A stretch of 63,780 nucleotides of DNA, the filler included, from an uncultured Methanosarcinales archaeon (GTDB taxonomy: Archaea; Nanobdellota; Nanobdellia; Woesearchaeales; CAZKBD01), in NCBI GenBank assembly GCA_964550945.1. It is 3 parts of 3 records of this genome, joined end to end, with 100 filler letters (N's around TTAATTAATTAA, not from the genome) between each part and the next. Parts side by side here need not be neighbours in the genome. Positions count along the whole stretch, not along the records: positions 29,068 to 57,814 come from CAZKBD010000013.1; 2 more parts are not named here. One strand, given 5' to 3'. Under the pieces are notes generated by a model. It saw only the letters and a program-made list of their open reading frames with translations. It had not been told where the DNA came from and made no database searches. Position numbers and translations under genes: made by a program. This document shows positions 31,728 to 41,816 of this stretch, piece after piece; within the stretch, counting starts at the first letter, position 1; every line of letters starts with the position of its first letter.

Positions 31728-32841
31728 AAGCAGAATAACTATAGCCTAATTTTCTCTCAATATCTTTTAATAATTCCTGCATCTGTTTTTTCTTTGGATG
31801 GTTAATCTTTATAGCTTTCAATAAAATATTGTGGGCTTTTTCATATTCTTTCTTTTTAATGTACAATATTGCTAGATTGTTATAAGCGTTTTCAGATTTT
31901 GGATTTGTTATAACTGCCTTCTCATAACTATACGCTGCCTTGTCCAGATCATTTTTCTCGTCGTAAATAAGGCCAAGATAAAAATGAGCTAGCTTGTGCT
32001 TTGGATTTATTTTTATCGCTTCTTCAATAAATGGCTTAGCCTTTTCAAACTCCTTTAGATTAATATAAGCCTCTCCCAGATCAAAATAAACAAGCTCATG
32101 GATAGCAAGATTCTCAAACCCCCTAAGAAGCTCAAGTGATTTCTCAAAATAACCAACTGCCTTTTCAAATTCCTTTTTTTGGAGATGGATCTTACCGATC
32201 TCATAATAGGGCTTTGGATTATTTGGCGTTAATTCTATCTGCTTTTTCTCCATCTTGTAATACATCTGATCCTTATATTCCTTGGATTTGTTGCCTTTCA
32301 ATTCAGCAAAATGGTGGATGGGGATATTAGTAATCACAATTTTCCCATTTTTCTCTCTGATAGAATCCTCAACAACCTCATGGATCACATTGTTGAAATA
32401 AAAACCCTTATGGTTCTGAAACAATCTGACTAACGGAGATGGCATAAAACCAGAAAATCCTTTGCTTTCTTCATAACTATCAGCAAATTCCCCGTTTCCT
32501 GAATAATTTCGCTGGATTAACTTATACCCATCAACATCTTTATTTTCAGTTAATCTTTTTATTTTTTCCAAATCATTGCCAGAGACCACTTCATCAGCAT
32601 CTAAAACAATTATCCAGTCTTTTGTAGCATATTTTAATGACTCATTTCTTGCAGCAGAAAAATCATTATCCCATTTGAAATCAATAATCTTGGCATTAAA
32701 ATTTGCTGCAATCTCTTTTGTTTTGTCAATTGAACCACTATCCACAATTATTATCTCATCAACTATACTTTTAACTGAACTTAAACAGCTCTCTAAGAAT
32801 TTTTCTTCATTTTTAGTTATCATGCAAAGAGTTAATGACAT
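31717..32841 (-). CDS. Glycosyltransferase family 2 with TPR repeats
   Basis: LCMITKNEE, DSGSID, DFSAARN, LDADE, IHE; TPR helices in the C-terminal half. Confidence 0.92.
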   Translation of the reverse strand: MSLTLCMITKNEEKFLESCLSSVKSIVDEIIIVDSGSIDKTKEIAANFNAKIIDFKWDNDFSAARNESLKYATKDWIIVLDADEVVSGNDLEKIKRLTENKDVDGYKLIQRNYSGNGEFADSYEESKGFSGFMPSPLVRLFQNHKGFYFNNVIHEVVEDSIREKNGKIVITNIPIHHFAELKGNKSKEYKDQMYYKMEKKQIELTPNNPKPYYEIGKIHLQKKEFEKAVGYFEKSLELLRGFENLAIHELVYFDLGEAYINLKEFEKAKPFIEEAIKINPKHKLAHFYLGLIYDEKNDLDKAAYSYEKAVITNPKSENAYNNLAILYIKKKEYEKAHNILLKAIKINHPKKKQMQELLKDIERKLGYSYSASIG

Positions 32842-32941
32842 AATAATAAATAATCATCAAATTTATTTAAAGTTTGTCATTAAAATGACCCTTATCAAAA
32901 CCTTTATAAACACTGAACAAACAACATCTTATGGTGGTTTA

Positions 32942-33550
32942 ATGTTGAATATAGCGGTTTTAGGCTCTACTAAAGGCACTGATTTACAAGCTGTGATAGA
33001 TGCCATAGAATCCAAAAAGCTAGCTGTCAATATTTCTTTTGTTCTAAGCAATAAAAAAGATGCTTATATCCTTGAAAGGGCTAAAAAACATAAAATCAAG
33101 GCAATTTTCCTAGACCCCCAAGATAAAAGCAGAGAAGATTACGATAAAGAAGTTGATAAGCTATTACAGAAGAACAAAGTTGGATTAGTCCTGTTGATAG
33201 GCTACATGAAACTAATGTCTTCTTGGTTTGTCCAAAAATGGCTAAACAAAGTCATGAACATACATCCTTCTTTATTGCCAGCATTTGCAGGCGGCATGGA
33301 CAAGAGCGTTCATGAAGCAGTCTTGGAGAGAGGATGCAAAGTCACTGGCGCTAGCCTGATTTTTATCGACGATGGAGCTGATACAGGCCCCATAATTTTG
33401 CAAAAGGTTGTTGAGGTCAAGTATAATGATGATGCAGACACATTAAAGGAAAAGGTGCAAAAAGCTGAGCAAGAAATTCTTTTAGAAGGAATAAACTTAT
33501 TTGCAAAAGGAAAAATAAATGTAGAGGGTAAAAAAGTAATAATAAAATGA
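32942..33550 (+). CDS. purN: Phosphoribosylglycinamide formyltransferase
   Basis: MNIHPSLLPAF, DTGPIILQ; real start ATG 32942 (the ORF-track extension overlaps the GT2 gene). Confidence 0.93.
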   Translation: MLNIAVLGSTKGTDLQAVIDAIESKKLAVNISFVLSNKKDAYILERAKKHKIKAIFLDPQDKSREDYDKEVDKLLQKNKVGLVLLIGYMKLMSSWFVQKWLNKVMNIHPSLLPAFAGGMDKSVHEAVLERGCKVTGASLIFIDDGADTGPIILQKVVEVKYNDDADTLKEKVQKAEQEILLEGINLFAKGKINVEGKKVIIK

Positions 33551-33894
33551 ATGAACAAACCGAAAAAATAATCTGGTGGAAAGGCAAGAAGCTTTTGGCT
33601 GGAGTTATACTGGTTTTTTTAAGCGTTATTCTTGGGTTTTATGGAAAATTTGTTTTCATTGCAAGATTTTACGAGCCTATTGGGCTAATAACGGGATTGT
33701 CCATATGGGTCTTCAGCTGGTTTTTATTGTTTATGGGAGCATTTCTGGTGGGATGGGAAACAGTTAAAATGATTCAGCAAAGAATAAATCACCAGGTAAA
33801 GAAGACTGTTAAGGATACTTATGACTACACCAAGGGATTGCCAAAAAAGAGTTACAACTACACGAAAAACTTGCATAAAAAACTAACAAAATGA
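33547..33894 (+). CDS. Hypothetical 2-TM membrane protein
   Basis: ATGA overlaps with both purN and purH; two hydrophobic helices. Confidence 0.75.
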   Translation: MNEQTEKIIWWKGKKLLAGVILVFLSVILGFYGKFVFIARFYEPIGLITGLSIWVFSWFLLFMGAFLVGWETVKMIQQRINHQVKKTVKDTYDYTKGLPKKSYNYTKNLHKKLTK

Positions 33895-35429
33895 CAAAGA
33901 TAGCACTAATATCAGTTTCAAACAAGGAAGGCATAGTTGAGTTTGCAAAAGAGCTAGGCAAATTAGGTATTGAAATATTATCCACAGGCGGAACTGCAAA
34001 ACTATTAAGGGCCAATAAGATAAAAGTCACAGATGTTTCTGATTATACTGGCTTTCCTGAGATGATGGATGGCAGAGTAAAAACCTTGCATCCCAAAATA
34101 CATGGAGCTATCCTTGCTTTAAGGTCAAAAAAAGAGCATTTAGAGCAGGCAAAAAAACATGGCATAGGGTTAATCGATATAGTTGTTGTTAATCTATATC
34201 CATTTGAGGATACTGTCAAGAAAAATGCCTCATTTGAAGAGATAATTGAGAATATAGACATCGGCGGCCCTTCAATGGTGAGAAGCGCAGCAAAGAATTT
34301 CGAATCTGTAGCAATTATAGTCGATCCAAATGATTATCCTTCGGTCATTAAGGAATTAAAGGAAAACAAAAAAATCACCAAAAAAACAAAAGAGCAATTA
34401 GCATTAAAAGCATTCCAGCATACTTCTCGCTATGATTCTGCAATATCAAACTATCTATACGAAAAGCTAGGAGCAGGATTTCCTGAGTCAATCTCCTTTG
34501 CATTTGATAAAATTCGTGATTTAAGATATGGCGAAAATCCTCATCAAAAAGCAGCATTCTATAAAGAGCTATTCCAGAAAGAAACTTCAATTGTTACTGC
34601 AAAAACCATAATGGAAGGCAAGGAATTGTCATTCAATAATATCCTTGACGGAGATGCTGCATTTGAATTGATAAAGGAATTCAAAGAGCCAACAGTTGCT
34701 GTGATAAAGCATTGCAATCCTTGCGGTGTTGCTTCCAGAGCAACAATAGAAGAGGCATTTAAAGCCGCTTATGATGTCGATCCAATGTCAGCTTTTGGCT
34801 GCGTAATTGCTATCAATGGGCCTTGTTCTTTAAAAGTTGCTGAGATGACTAAAGGAAAGTACATCGAATTGTTAATAGCTCCAAAATTCGAGCCAAAAGC
34901 TTTGGAATTCATCAAAGAAAACAAAAAAAATATTAGATTATTAGAAACAGGACCAGTTGAGAAATCAGATGAAGGGTTTACCTTTAAGAAAGTCACTGGT
35001 GGCCTTTTGGTTCAAACAAGAGAATGGCCTGATATCGAGAAAATTAATCTTAAAGTTGTTACAAAAAGAAAGCCAACAAAAGAAGAGCTAATAGATTTAA
35101 AATTTGCATGGAAAGTTAACAAGCACACAAAGTCAAATTCAGTTGTTTTCTGCAAGAATAAAACAGCTTATGGTTTAGGTGTTGGCCAGATGTCAAGAGT
35201 GGATGCTTCAATAATAGCAAAAATGAAATCTGCAGGAAGGGCTGATAATGGAGTAATGTCTTCAGACGCTTTCTTCCCATTCAGGGATGCTGTAGATGAA
35301 GCTGCAAAAGCAGGCATCAAGGCAATAATCCATCCAGGCGGATCAGTTAATGACAAAGATATCATTGATGCAGCCAATGAGCATGGGATGGCGATGGTGT
35401 TCTCAGGTGTAAGGTTGTTTAGGCATTAA
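33891..35429 (+). CDS. purH: Bifunctional AICAR transformylase / IMP cyclohydrolase
   Basis: STGGTA, GRVKTLHP, IDIGGPSM, LRYGENPHQ, KHCNPCG, SDAFFPF. Confidence 0.97.
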   Translation: MTKIALISVSNKEGIVEFAKELGKLGIEILSTGGTAKLLRANKIKVTDVSDYTGFPEMMDGRVKTLHPKIHGAILALRSKKEHLEQAKKHGIGLIDIVVVNLYPFEDTVKKNASFEEIIENIDIGGPSMVRSAAKNFESVAIIVDPNDYPSVIKELKENKKITKKTKEQLALKAFQHTSRYDSAISNYLYEKLGAGFPESISFAFDKIRDLRYGENPHQKAAFYKELFQKETSIVTAKTIMEGKELSFNNILDGDAAFELIKEFKEPTVAVIKHCNPCGVASRATIEEAFKAAYDVDPMSAFGCVIAINGPCSLKVAEMTKGKYIELLIAPKFEPKALEFIKENKKNIRLLETGPVEKSDEGFTFKKVTGGLLVQTREWPDIEKINLKVVTKRKPTKEELIDLKFAWKVNKHTKSNSVVFCKNKTAYGLGVGQMSRVDASIIAKMKSAGRADNGVMSSDAFFPFRDAVDEAAKAGIKAIIHPGGSVNDKDIIDAANEHGMAMVFSGVRLFRH

Positions 35430-35483
35430 AATAGTATTCTAAATTAGATAAATTTATATACTTTTGTATAATTCTATATACTA

Positions 35484-35744
35484 ATGGAGATAACGATTAA
35501 TTTTGGGTTTAGAAACCTAAACCAATGGAGAGATTCCCCAAAAAGAGCAGAGCATGTTGTTGACAGGATGATTTTAAGAGGGATTGGCAAATCCCAAATA
35601 TTGGAAGCCATCAAAAGAGGCGCAAAAAGAATAAGAGAAGACGGATCATTGATAGTGGAGTATAAGTGGTTCAAGCTTGTTTACAGGGAATTTAGAACTA
35701 ATGAGTTTACAAAAATATATCCTATCACTGTTTACGAAATATAG
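35484..35744 (+). CDS. Putative toxin (DUF4258/BrnT-RelE-like)
   Basis: EHVVDRMILRGI and terminal ITVY; directly upstream of an antitoxin-like gene. Confidence 0.65.
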   Translation: MEITINFGFRNLNQWRDSPKRAEHVVDRMILRGIGKSQILEAIKRGAKRIREDGSLIVEYKWFKLVYREFRTNEFTKIYPITVYEI

Positions 35745-35753
35745 GTGAGGCAT

Positions 35754-36092
35754 ATGAAAAAAATAAATTATCCATGTCCATGCGGCGGAAAAATAAAATG
35801 GAAAAAAGACAGAGTAGTAATGGAAGGAATAGATTGCGGAATATTAGATGTTGAATATTGCGAAAACTGCGGAGAGGAATATTTGTCAGAAGACAGCATG
35901 GACATAGTAGAAGACAAGCTGAAAAAAGCTGGTTTGTGGGGTATTAAAAGGAAAGAAGTCAAGTTCTGGAAGTCAGGAAGCTCTGTTACAATAAGATTAC
36001 CTACGGAGTTTAGCAGAGAACTAGGATTAGACAAAATCAAGAAAGGGCATGTATATCAGGATGGAGAGCATAAGCTCGCAATCGAATACTGA
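35754..36092 (+). CDS. Putative antitoxin: MqsA/YgiT-like zinc finger + AbrB-like C-terminal domain
   Basis: CPCGG...CENCGEEY; KSGSSVTIRLP. Confidence 0.72.
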   Translation: MKKINYPCPCGGKIKWKKDRVVMEGIDCGILDVEYCENCGEEYLSEDSMDIVEDKLKKAGLWGIKRKEVKFWKSGSSVTIRLPTEFSRELGLDKIKKGHVYQDGEHKLAIEY

Positions 36093-36122
36093 TCAATCTT
36101 TAGGCATGAGGTTATTTAGGCA

Positions 36123-36537
36123 TTAGGCAACTTGGGTGTAATCTATCATTATTTGACCATTCTCAGTGTGCAATTTCAACTGTACGATTTTATCGTACGC
36201 TTCAAACCCTTCTTCTTTAAGTTTAATCTTTAAATCTGACCAATACCTTTTAGGAATAGATCTATCAGTTAAAACTGCAACTATATCAATAATCGAGAAA
36301 TACCAGTGGTTGTCATGCCATAATCTCCTAACTTGTTTCCCTTGAAATACGACTAATGCCTTATTTGAATCAATTTTGTCAAAAACCACTCATCAAAGAG
36401 AGGTGGCATGTTTGAAGCCACCCTGATTTTATAGTGGTTTTTGAGCATGCTCAGAAACTTACCATACTACGAAAATTGAAAACAAGCAAAGCTTGCCACT
36501 AGTCATAGATTAGGTGGTAAGTTTCTGACATATCCAT
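36123..36537 (-). pseudogene. Bro-N / phage antirepressor-like gene, interrupted near its 5' end and truncated at the 3' end
   Basis: KALVVFQGKQVRRLWH..WYFSIIDIVAVLTD..RYWSDLK; TATA box 36561-36568 lies ~24 nt from ATG 36537, and the hairpin element separates that ATG from the rest of the frame. Confidence 0.75.
36377..36533. mobile_element. Twin-hairpin palindromic element, copy 1 (centre TGAGCATGCTCA 36442-36453)
   Basis: TCAAAAACCACT/AGTGGTTTTTGA and TCAGAAACTTACCA/TGGTAAGTTTCTGA stems; TGTCA...TGACA ends; mobility is inferred. Confidence 0.7.
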
Positions 36538-36571
36538 AACAAGCTAGGAAGAAAAGGGTGTTTATATAGCT

Positions 36572-36596
36572 TACGCGTCAATGTCCAGTGCTAATG
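36572..36596 (-). promoter_or_regulatory. Conserved 25-bp motif CATTAGCACTGGACATTGACGCGTA upstream of a TATA box
   Basis: 24/25 identical to 58225-58249 with the same spacing to the TATA box. Confidence 0.65.
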
Positions 36597-36891
36597 TGAA
36601 GGTTTCAGATGAATTGGGTACTAACATTCATAGATGGAACAAAACTTTAAACTAAACTCTCAAACCCGTTTCAATAAATCTCATTTTCCTATCCTCAACA
36701 GAGAACTTACTATAAACATGAGAATAAGTCCGAAAGGAGGGTGGCAATTTGCCCCCACCCCTCAGCAAATCCTTACCCAGCTTATTTCTCCAACCAATGA
36801 TTGGAGTTTTTGGTTAGAGATAACTTCATTCTAACCTTTTCTCTTCAAAAAACAACAATCAATATAAACAAGTTCTTTTACTAATAAAACC

Positions 36892-37272
36892 ATGCAACTA
36901 ACTTACCCATGCACAGATAAAGGCCCTCATTGCATCAATTGCCATGACCATTTTATGGAATTAAGGCCTTTGGTTAAAGAAGTCATTATCTCACATCATT
37001 TTAAGAAAGACCTAAAAGATGAAAAAGTAATAAGCCAAATTGTGCAAACTATTCTGGATTGCAATCATATAGCATTTCACGAGCTCCATAAGTTCGAGGA
37101 AGATATAGGGGGAAATTTCATCTTCAGGGCAAAAAAAGACAAATTACATTATGTTTACTGCATTGACAAAACCAAAAGGATCATCTTTTTAAGGAGTTTT
37201 AAAAATTTTAATGAATACAAAAAGTTTTTAGAGGATAAAAAAGGAATAAAGAGAGTAATCTCTGAGAATTAG
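36892..37272 (+). CDS. RelE/YafQ-like toxin-fold protein with N-terminal Cys/His cluster
   Basis: IISHHFKKDLK, FRAK..HYVY..IIFLRSF..Y pattern; C-x6-CxxCxxH. Confidence 0.6.
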   Translation: MQLTYPCTDKGPHCINCHDHFMELRPLVKEVIISHHFKKDLKDEKVISQIVQTILDCNHIAFHELHKFEEDIGGNFIFRAKKDKLHYVYCIDKTKRIIFLRSFKNFNEYKKFLEDKKGIKRVISEN

Positions 37273-37328
37273 ACATTAGTTACTATTAGAACGATAGATT
37301 TTTAAATAGATTATTTCAACCATTTTGT

Positions 37329-38960
37329 ATGGGAAAGTCAGATATAGAAATAGCACAATCAATTGAACTAGAGCCTATTAAGAATATTGCTGAAAAGATA
37401 GGCATACATAACCATATAATCCTATATGGGGATAATATTGCTAAGGTTCCTCATTCTTTATTAAAAAAATTACCGGAAAGGGACTCTAAACTGGTTTTGG
37501 TCACAGCCGTCACACCAACAAAATTCGGAGAAGGAAAATCAACAACAACAATTGGACTAGGCCAGGCATTAAACCAATTAGGAAAAAAAGCAATCGTTTG
37601 TATGAGGGAGCCAAGTTTAGGTCCTGTCTTTGGAGTTAAGGGCGGCGCTTGTGGAGGAGGCTATAGCCAAGTGCTGCCGATGGAGGATATCAATCTGCAT
37701 TTTACAGGAGACATCCATGCAGTAACCACAGCAAACAATCTACTCTCTGCCCTTATTGATAACCATATGTACCAAGGCAATAAGCTTAGGATAGATGAAA
37801 AAAGAGTTACTTGGAAGCGAGTTTTGGATATCAATGACCGGGCTTTAAGAAAAGTTATGGTGGGCCTTTCCAGCAAAAAAGAAGTAAAAAGAGAGGATGG
37901 TTTTAAAATAACAGTGGCATCCGAATTAATGGCTGTGATTTGTTTAACTACAGACATTATCGATCTTAAAAAAAGAATCGCTGATATTATTGTTGCCTAC
38001 AATCGTGATGGGGATCCTGTAAAGGTCAAAGACCTTAGATTTGAAGGGGCAATCGCCTCATTATTAAAAAATGCCATTGACCCTAATCTTGTCCAAACAA
38101 TCGAGCATACTCCTGCATTTATCCATGGAGGCCCATTTGCAAATATCGCTCATGGGTGTAACAGCATAATCGCCACAAAGCTTGCGTTAAAATTAGGCGA
38201 CATTGTTGTAACAGAAGCTGGTTTTGGCGCTGATCTGGGGGCTGAAAAATTTTTTGACATCAAATGCAGAACCGGAAACCTAAAGCCTAATGCAGCTGTC
38301 TTAGTGGTTACAATAAGGGCTTTGAAATTGCATGGTGAAGGGAACTTAGAACAAGCGTTGCCTAACCTGGAAAAGCATATAGAAAATATTCAAAAATTTG
38401 GAGTGCCTCTTGTTGTTGCCATTAATAAATTCACAAATGACCGCACTGAAGAAATAAATAAGATTATCGATTTCTGTAAGAAAAAGGGCGTAAAATTTTC
38501 ATTGTCAGAAGCGCATGCAAAAGGGGGCAAAGGAGCATTGGACTTAGCAAATAAAATTTTACAATTGATAGAGAATGACGGATCCAAATTCCAATTCCTA
38601 TACCCCTTAAATATCCCTGTTAAATCCAAAATTGAAATGATAGCAAAAGAGCTATACGGAGCAGACGGGGTCAATTATGATGATGAGGCTGAAGAAAATA
38701 TTGCCTTGATAAAAAAATTAAAATTAGAGCATCTGCCTGTGTGCATGGCAAAAACACAGATGAGCCTAAGCGATAACCCTTCATTATTAGGCAGGCCAAT
38801 CGGCTTTAAAATAAATGTAAAAAGGTTATCTCCTTGTACTGGAGCAGGATTTATTGTGGCCTATTGCGGAGACATAATGGTCATGCCAGGCATGCCAGAG
38901 CATCCAGCTGCTGAGCTGATTGATATAGATAAAGATGGAAAGATATCCGGATTATTTTGA
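37329..38960 (+). CDS. fhs: Formate--tetrahydrofolate ligase
   Basis: [48 protein letters not shown]. Confidence 0.97.
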   Translation: MGKSDIEIAQSIELEPIKNIAEKIGIHNHIILYGDNIAKVPHSLLKKLPERDSKLVLVTAVTPTKFGEGKSTTTIGLGQALNQLGKKAIVCMREPSLGPVFGVKGGACGGGYSQVLPMEDINLHFTGDIHAVTTANNLLSALIDNHMYQGNKLRIDEKRVTWKRVLDINDRALRKVMVGLSSKKEVKREDGFKITVASELMAVICLTTDIIDLKKRIADIIVAYNRDGDPVKVKDLRFEGAIASLLKNAIDPNLVQTIEHTPAFIHGGPFANIAHGCNSIIATKLALKLGDIVVTEAGFGADLGAEKFFDIKCRTGNLKPNAAVLVVTIRALKLHGEGNLEQALPNLEKHIENIQKFGVPLVVAINKFTNDRTEEINKIIDFCKKKGVKFSLSEAHAKGGKGALDLANKILQLIENDGSKFQFLYPLNIPVKSKIEMIAKELYGADGVNYDDEAEENIALIKKLKLEHLPVCMAKTQMSLSDNPSLLGRPIGFKINVKRLSPCTGAGFIVAYCGDIMVMPGMPEHPAAELIDIDKDGKISGLF

Positions 38961-39710
38961 TTATCTTATTTTAGGAATTGATTCAATCAACAAGCTTGTG
39001 ACCTTCTCAACATTCTCGCCAAAAACTTTTAGGATCTCTTCCCAAGTTACCGGAGGTATATCATCAAAAAGGCAGTCATAATCAGTTGACATTGCAATTG
39101 CCGCATAAGGGATTCCAGCTTCATTTGCCAATATTGCTTCTGGCGCAACACTCATGTTGATCACATCAGCGCCCCATTGCCTGAACATCCTTGATTCAGC
39201 TCTGGTCGAGAATCTTGGGCCTTCTATTGTAACAACAGTCCCTTTTTCATGATGCTTAATATTCAGCTCTTGTGCGGTATTTATCAGGATTTTTCTTAGC
39301 TCCTTATTAAATGGGTCGGGCATTGCCACGTGTGTTGGCTTGTGAGGCTCAAATTTGTCATAAAATGTTATTTTCCTATGCCTTGTAAAATCTATAAACT
39401 GGTCCAGTATAACTAAATCCCCTCGTTCGATATCCCTTCTGAGGCTGCCGCAGGCAGTTGTTGCTAGAATATGTGTAACTCCTTGCTTTTTTAGTGCATC
39501 TATATTAGCCCGAAAATTGACTTCAGTAGGAGGGCATGTATGCTCTCTGCCATGCCTTGCGATCAAAACACAATCAACACCCTTAATCCTGCCAATTTTC
39601 AATTTACAAGTGGGCTTTCCATAAGGAGTATCAACGTCAATATCCTTTTCATCTTTCAAAATTTTTGGATTATCTAATCCAGACCCGCCAATTATCCCTA
39701 TTTTAACCAT
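38961..39710 (-). CDS. mtnP: S-methyl-5'-thioadenosine phosphorylase
   Basis: IGIIGGSG, RHG..H..PP, EGPRFSTRAES, INMS, STDYD. Confidence 0.93.
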   Translation of the reverse strand: MVKIGIIGGSGLDNPKILKDEKDIDVDTPYGKPTCKLKIGRIKGVDCVLIARHGREHTCPPTEVNFRANIDALKKQGVTHILATTACGSLRRDIERGDLVILDQFIDFTRHRKITFYDKFEPHKPTHVAMPDPFNKELRKILINTAQELNIKHHEKGTVVTIEGPRFSTRAESRMFRQWGADVINMSVAPEAILANEAGIPYAAIAMSTDYDCLFDDIPPVTWEEILKVFGENVEKVTSLLIESIPKIR

Positions 39711-39721
39711 AAAACCACCAC

Positions 39722-39928
39722 CTATAACAATCTATGATACCCTGCCCTAATAAAAAATAAAATAAATGCCAATATAGCGATTAAAAACACTACAGCAGTG
39801 CTTATTATGACAATGCCCCACATCTTTAGCTTTGGATGATATCTTGAAAATATTAAGACTATTATTCCGAATACCAGCAAAAAAATAAAGCTTGCGGTTA
39901 TTTCAACTACTCCTATCCCATAAGGAAT
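39722..39928 (-). CDS. Small 2-TM membrane protein (68 aa) with probable ATT start (not in ORF track)
   Basis: GAGGT SD 7 nt before ATT CCT TAT; the open frame fills the ZPR1-mtnP gap; two hydrophobic helices. Confidence 0.55.
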   Translation of the reverse strand: MPYGIGVVEITASFIFLLVFGIIVLIFSRYHPKLKMWGIVIISTAVVFLIAILAFILFFIRAGYHRLL

Positions 39929-39956
39929 TTTAACTACCTCTTTTTTAGGTTATTAT

Positions 39957-40469
39957 TTACAATCTAGTCTTAATAGCCCTATCGCTGATTATAGCAGAGT
40001 TGCCGCTAGGATCTTCTATGATGATCTTCTGCTTTTCCTGTCCCCACCTAATCCTTGTTAACTTCTTTAGCAAATTTTTCGCTTTTTTCTTAACTTCTTC
40101 ATCTTCTTCGTCATTCTTTGCTATCTCAATGCTGTGCTTAACCCTGTTTAATACGCCTTCAATATTGGTTATGTAACCATTTGAGGCAGCGCCTGGCTCT
40201 ATTGTTGTTATATGCGGAATTTTAACAGTAGCTTCGCTTGATTTTACTACTCTAACTTTCATATCGTCTTCTTTTTCTATCTCAAATGTGAATTTGCAAG
40301 GCTCTTTTTTTTCTAAAGATTCAATATCAGCTTTATGGTATTTGCAGTTAGAGCAAGTCATTGAGAATAAGGCCATCTTCCCAAAATAAGGCACTTCCAT
40401 CTCATCCTCTGTGAGCACTAAGGTCTTCTGCCTGCACATCGGGCAAATCTCATGTTCAATTTTTTCCAT
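39957..40469 (-). CDS. ZPR1 zinc finger protein
   Basis: CPMC...PYFG..CSNCKY, TNIEG, IEDPSGNS. Confidence 0.95.
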   Translation of the reverse strand: MEKIEHEICPMCRQKTLVLTEDEMEVPYFGKMALFSMTCSNCKYHKADIESLEKKEPCKFTFEIEKEDDMKVRVVKSSEATVKIPHITTIEPGAASNGYITNIEGVLNRVKHSIEIAKNDEEDEEVKKKAKNLLKKLTRIRWGQEKQKIIIEDPSGNSAIISDRAIKTRL

Positions 40470-40509
40470 AAGATTGAAGTAGAATAATCCTATTTATATC
40501 TTTCGTTTT

Positions 40510-41757
40510 CTAGTTGTTAGTAAAAGGCACAATGGTTATTACCTTTCTCGCGATTTCAGGGTGTTTATACACAAATAACAGCTCCTCTTCTGTTAATGGC
40601 TTTTGCGTATGTACATTAGCAAATCTTACCAGCTCTAATACCTTCTTAGCTTCGTTTTCATCTTTAAAAGTTACATTCATCTCCCCGTACACATGTTTGA
40701 ATCCCTTTATTCCCCCATATTCCCCTGTTGTTATCTTCCTTCCAGTTTCAACTTGAACTATTTCTCCTCTTCCAAGCTCTTCAAAATCATAAAGCTCATA
40801 ATTTCTCCTGTCCTTTAGCGCGCCATCCGCATGAATTCCAGACTCGTGGGCAAACGCATTATCACCAACACCTACTTGGTTTATGGGTATTGGAATTTTA
40901 AATGCATAAGAAGCATACTTTGCCAGATTATAAGATTGTTTTAGGTCGATGCCTTTTAAAGCTTTGGAGTATCTATCATTATAACCAGCCGCTTTTTTAA
41001 TTGCCAGGATAACAGATAACATGTCAGCATTTCCAGCCCTTTCTCCAATGCCATTTATAGTTGTATTTATATAAGCGTCTTGCCCGCCATCCAAACATCC
41101 TTTAGCTCCAGCAACAGAATTTGCAACAGCTAATCCCAAATCATTGTGGCCGTGCAATTCAATTGGCAGTTCGACTTTTTCAGCTAATAATTTAATCCTG
41201 TTATAAATGGTAAATGGATCATCAAAGCCAAGCGTATCACAATACCTTATCCTGTCTGCCCCATTATCCTTTGCAGCCAATGCAAATTTATGCAAAAAAG
41301 CATCATCAGTCCTTGAAGCATCTTCAGCATTCACACCAACTGTTTCTATGCCCAACTCTTTTGCTGTTTTTAACGCTTCAACCATAGCATTTAATATATC
41401 CTCCCTTGTTTTCCCGCCAAGAAATTTCCCCATAGTCATTTGTTCTGACGTAGAAATAGACATGTTGATATGCTTTAAATTGGGCACAAGTTTTAGAGAA
41501 GTTTCAACATCTTCTTTAACAGCCCTTATCCATCCGCCTAAACGCATCTTATCAATAACCTTATTTTCAACAAGCTCTAGATTGGCATTAAGGTAGTTGG
41601 TTTCATGATTCGTTGTAGGAAACCCAAACTCTGACTGAAAAACACCCATCCTATTTAATTTTAGATTGAGTATAGTCTTCTCTAGCTTAGCTAATCCTAA
41701 CCTTGCAGTTTGGACTCCGTCCCTGTTTGTTACATCAATTAAATAGATATTGTTCAT
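40510..41757 (-). CDS. Homocitrate-synthase family (DRE-TIM) enzyme, probably Re-citrate synthase
   Basis: DVTNRDGVQ, HGHNDLG, GIGERAGN, AFAHESGIH; operon context with aconitase and IDH. Confidence 0.82.
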   Translation of the reverse strand: MNNIYLIDVTNRDGVQTARLGLAKLEKTILNLKLNRMGVFQSEFGFPTTNHETNYLNANLELVENKVIDKMRLGGWIRAVKEDVETSLKLVPNLKHINMSISTSEQMTMGKFLGGKTREDILNAMVEALKTAKELGIETVGVNAEDASRTDDAFLHKFALAAKDNGADRIRYCDTLGFDDPFTIYNRIKLLAEKVELPIELHGHNDLGLAVANSVAGAKGCLDGGQDAYINTTINGIGERAGNADMLSVILAIKKAAGYNDRYSKALKGIDLKQSYNLAKYASYAFKIPIPINQVGVGDNAFAHESGIHADGALKDRRNYELYDFEELGRGEIVQVETGRKITTGEYGGIKGFKHVYGEMNVTFKDENEAKKVLELVRFANVHTQKPLTEEELLFVYKHPEIARKVITIVPFTNN

Positions 41758-41816
41758 TTAACCCCCTATTGACAACCCAGAAAATACCTCAGATATTTAT
41801 ACCTTTTGATATCATA

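Noticed and set aside
32576..32941. N-terminal extension of PurN in the ORF track
   Set aside because: Antisense overlap with the GT2 gene; homology starts at ATG 32942
36634..36834. 66-aa ORF as antitoxin of the downstream RelE-like gene
   Set aside because: No DNA-binding or acidic antitoxin features and it overlaps a structured GC-rich patch
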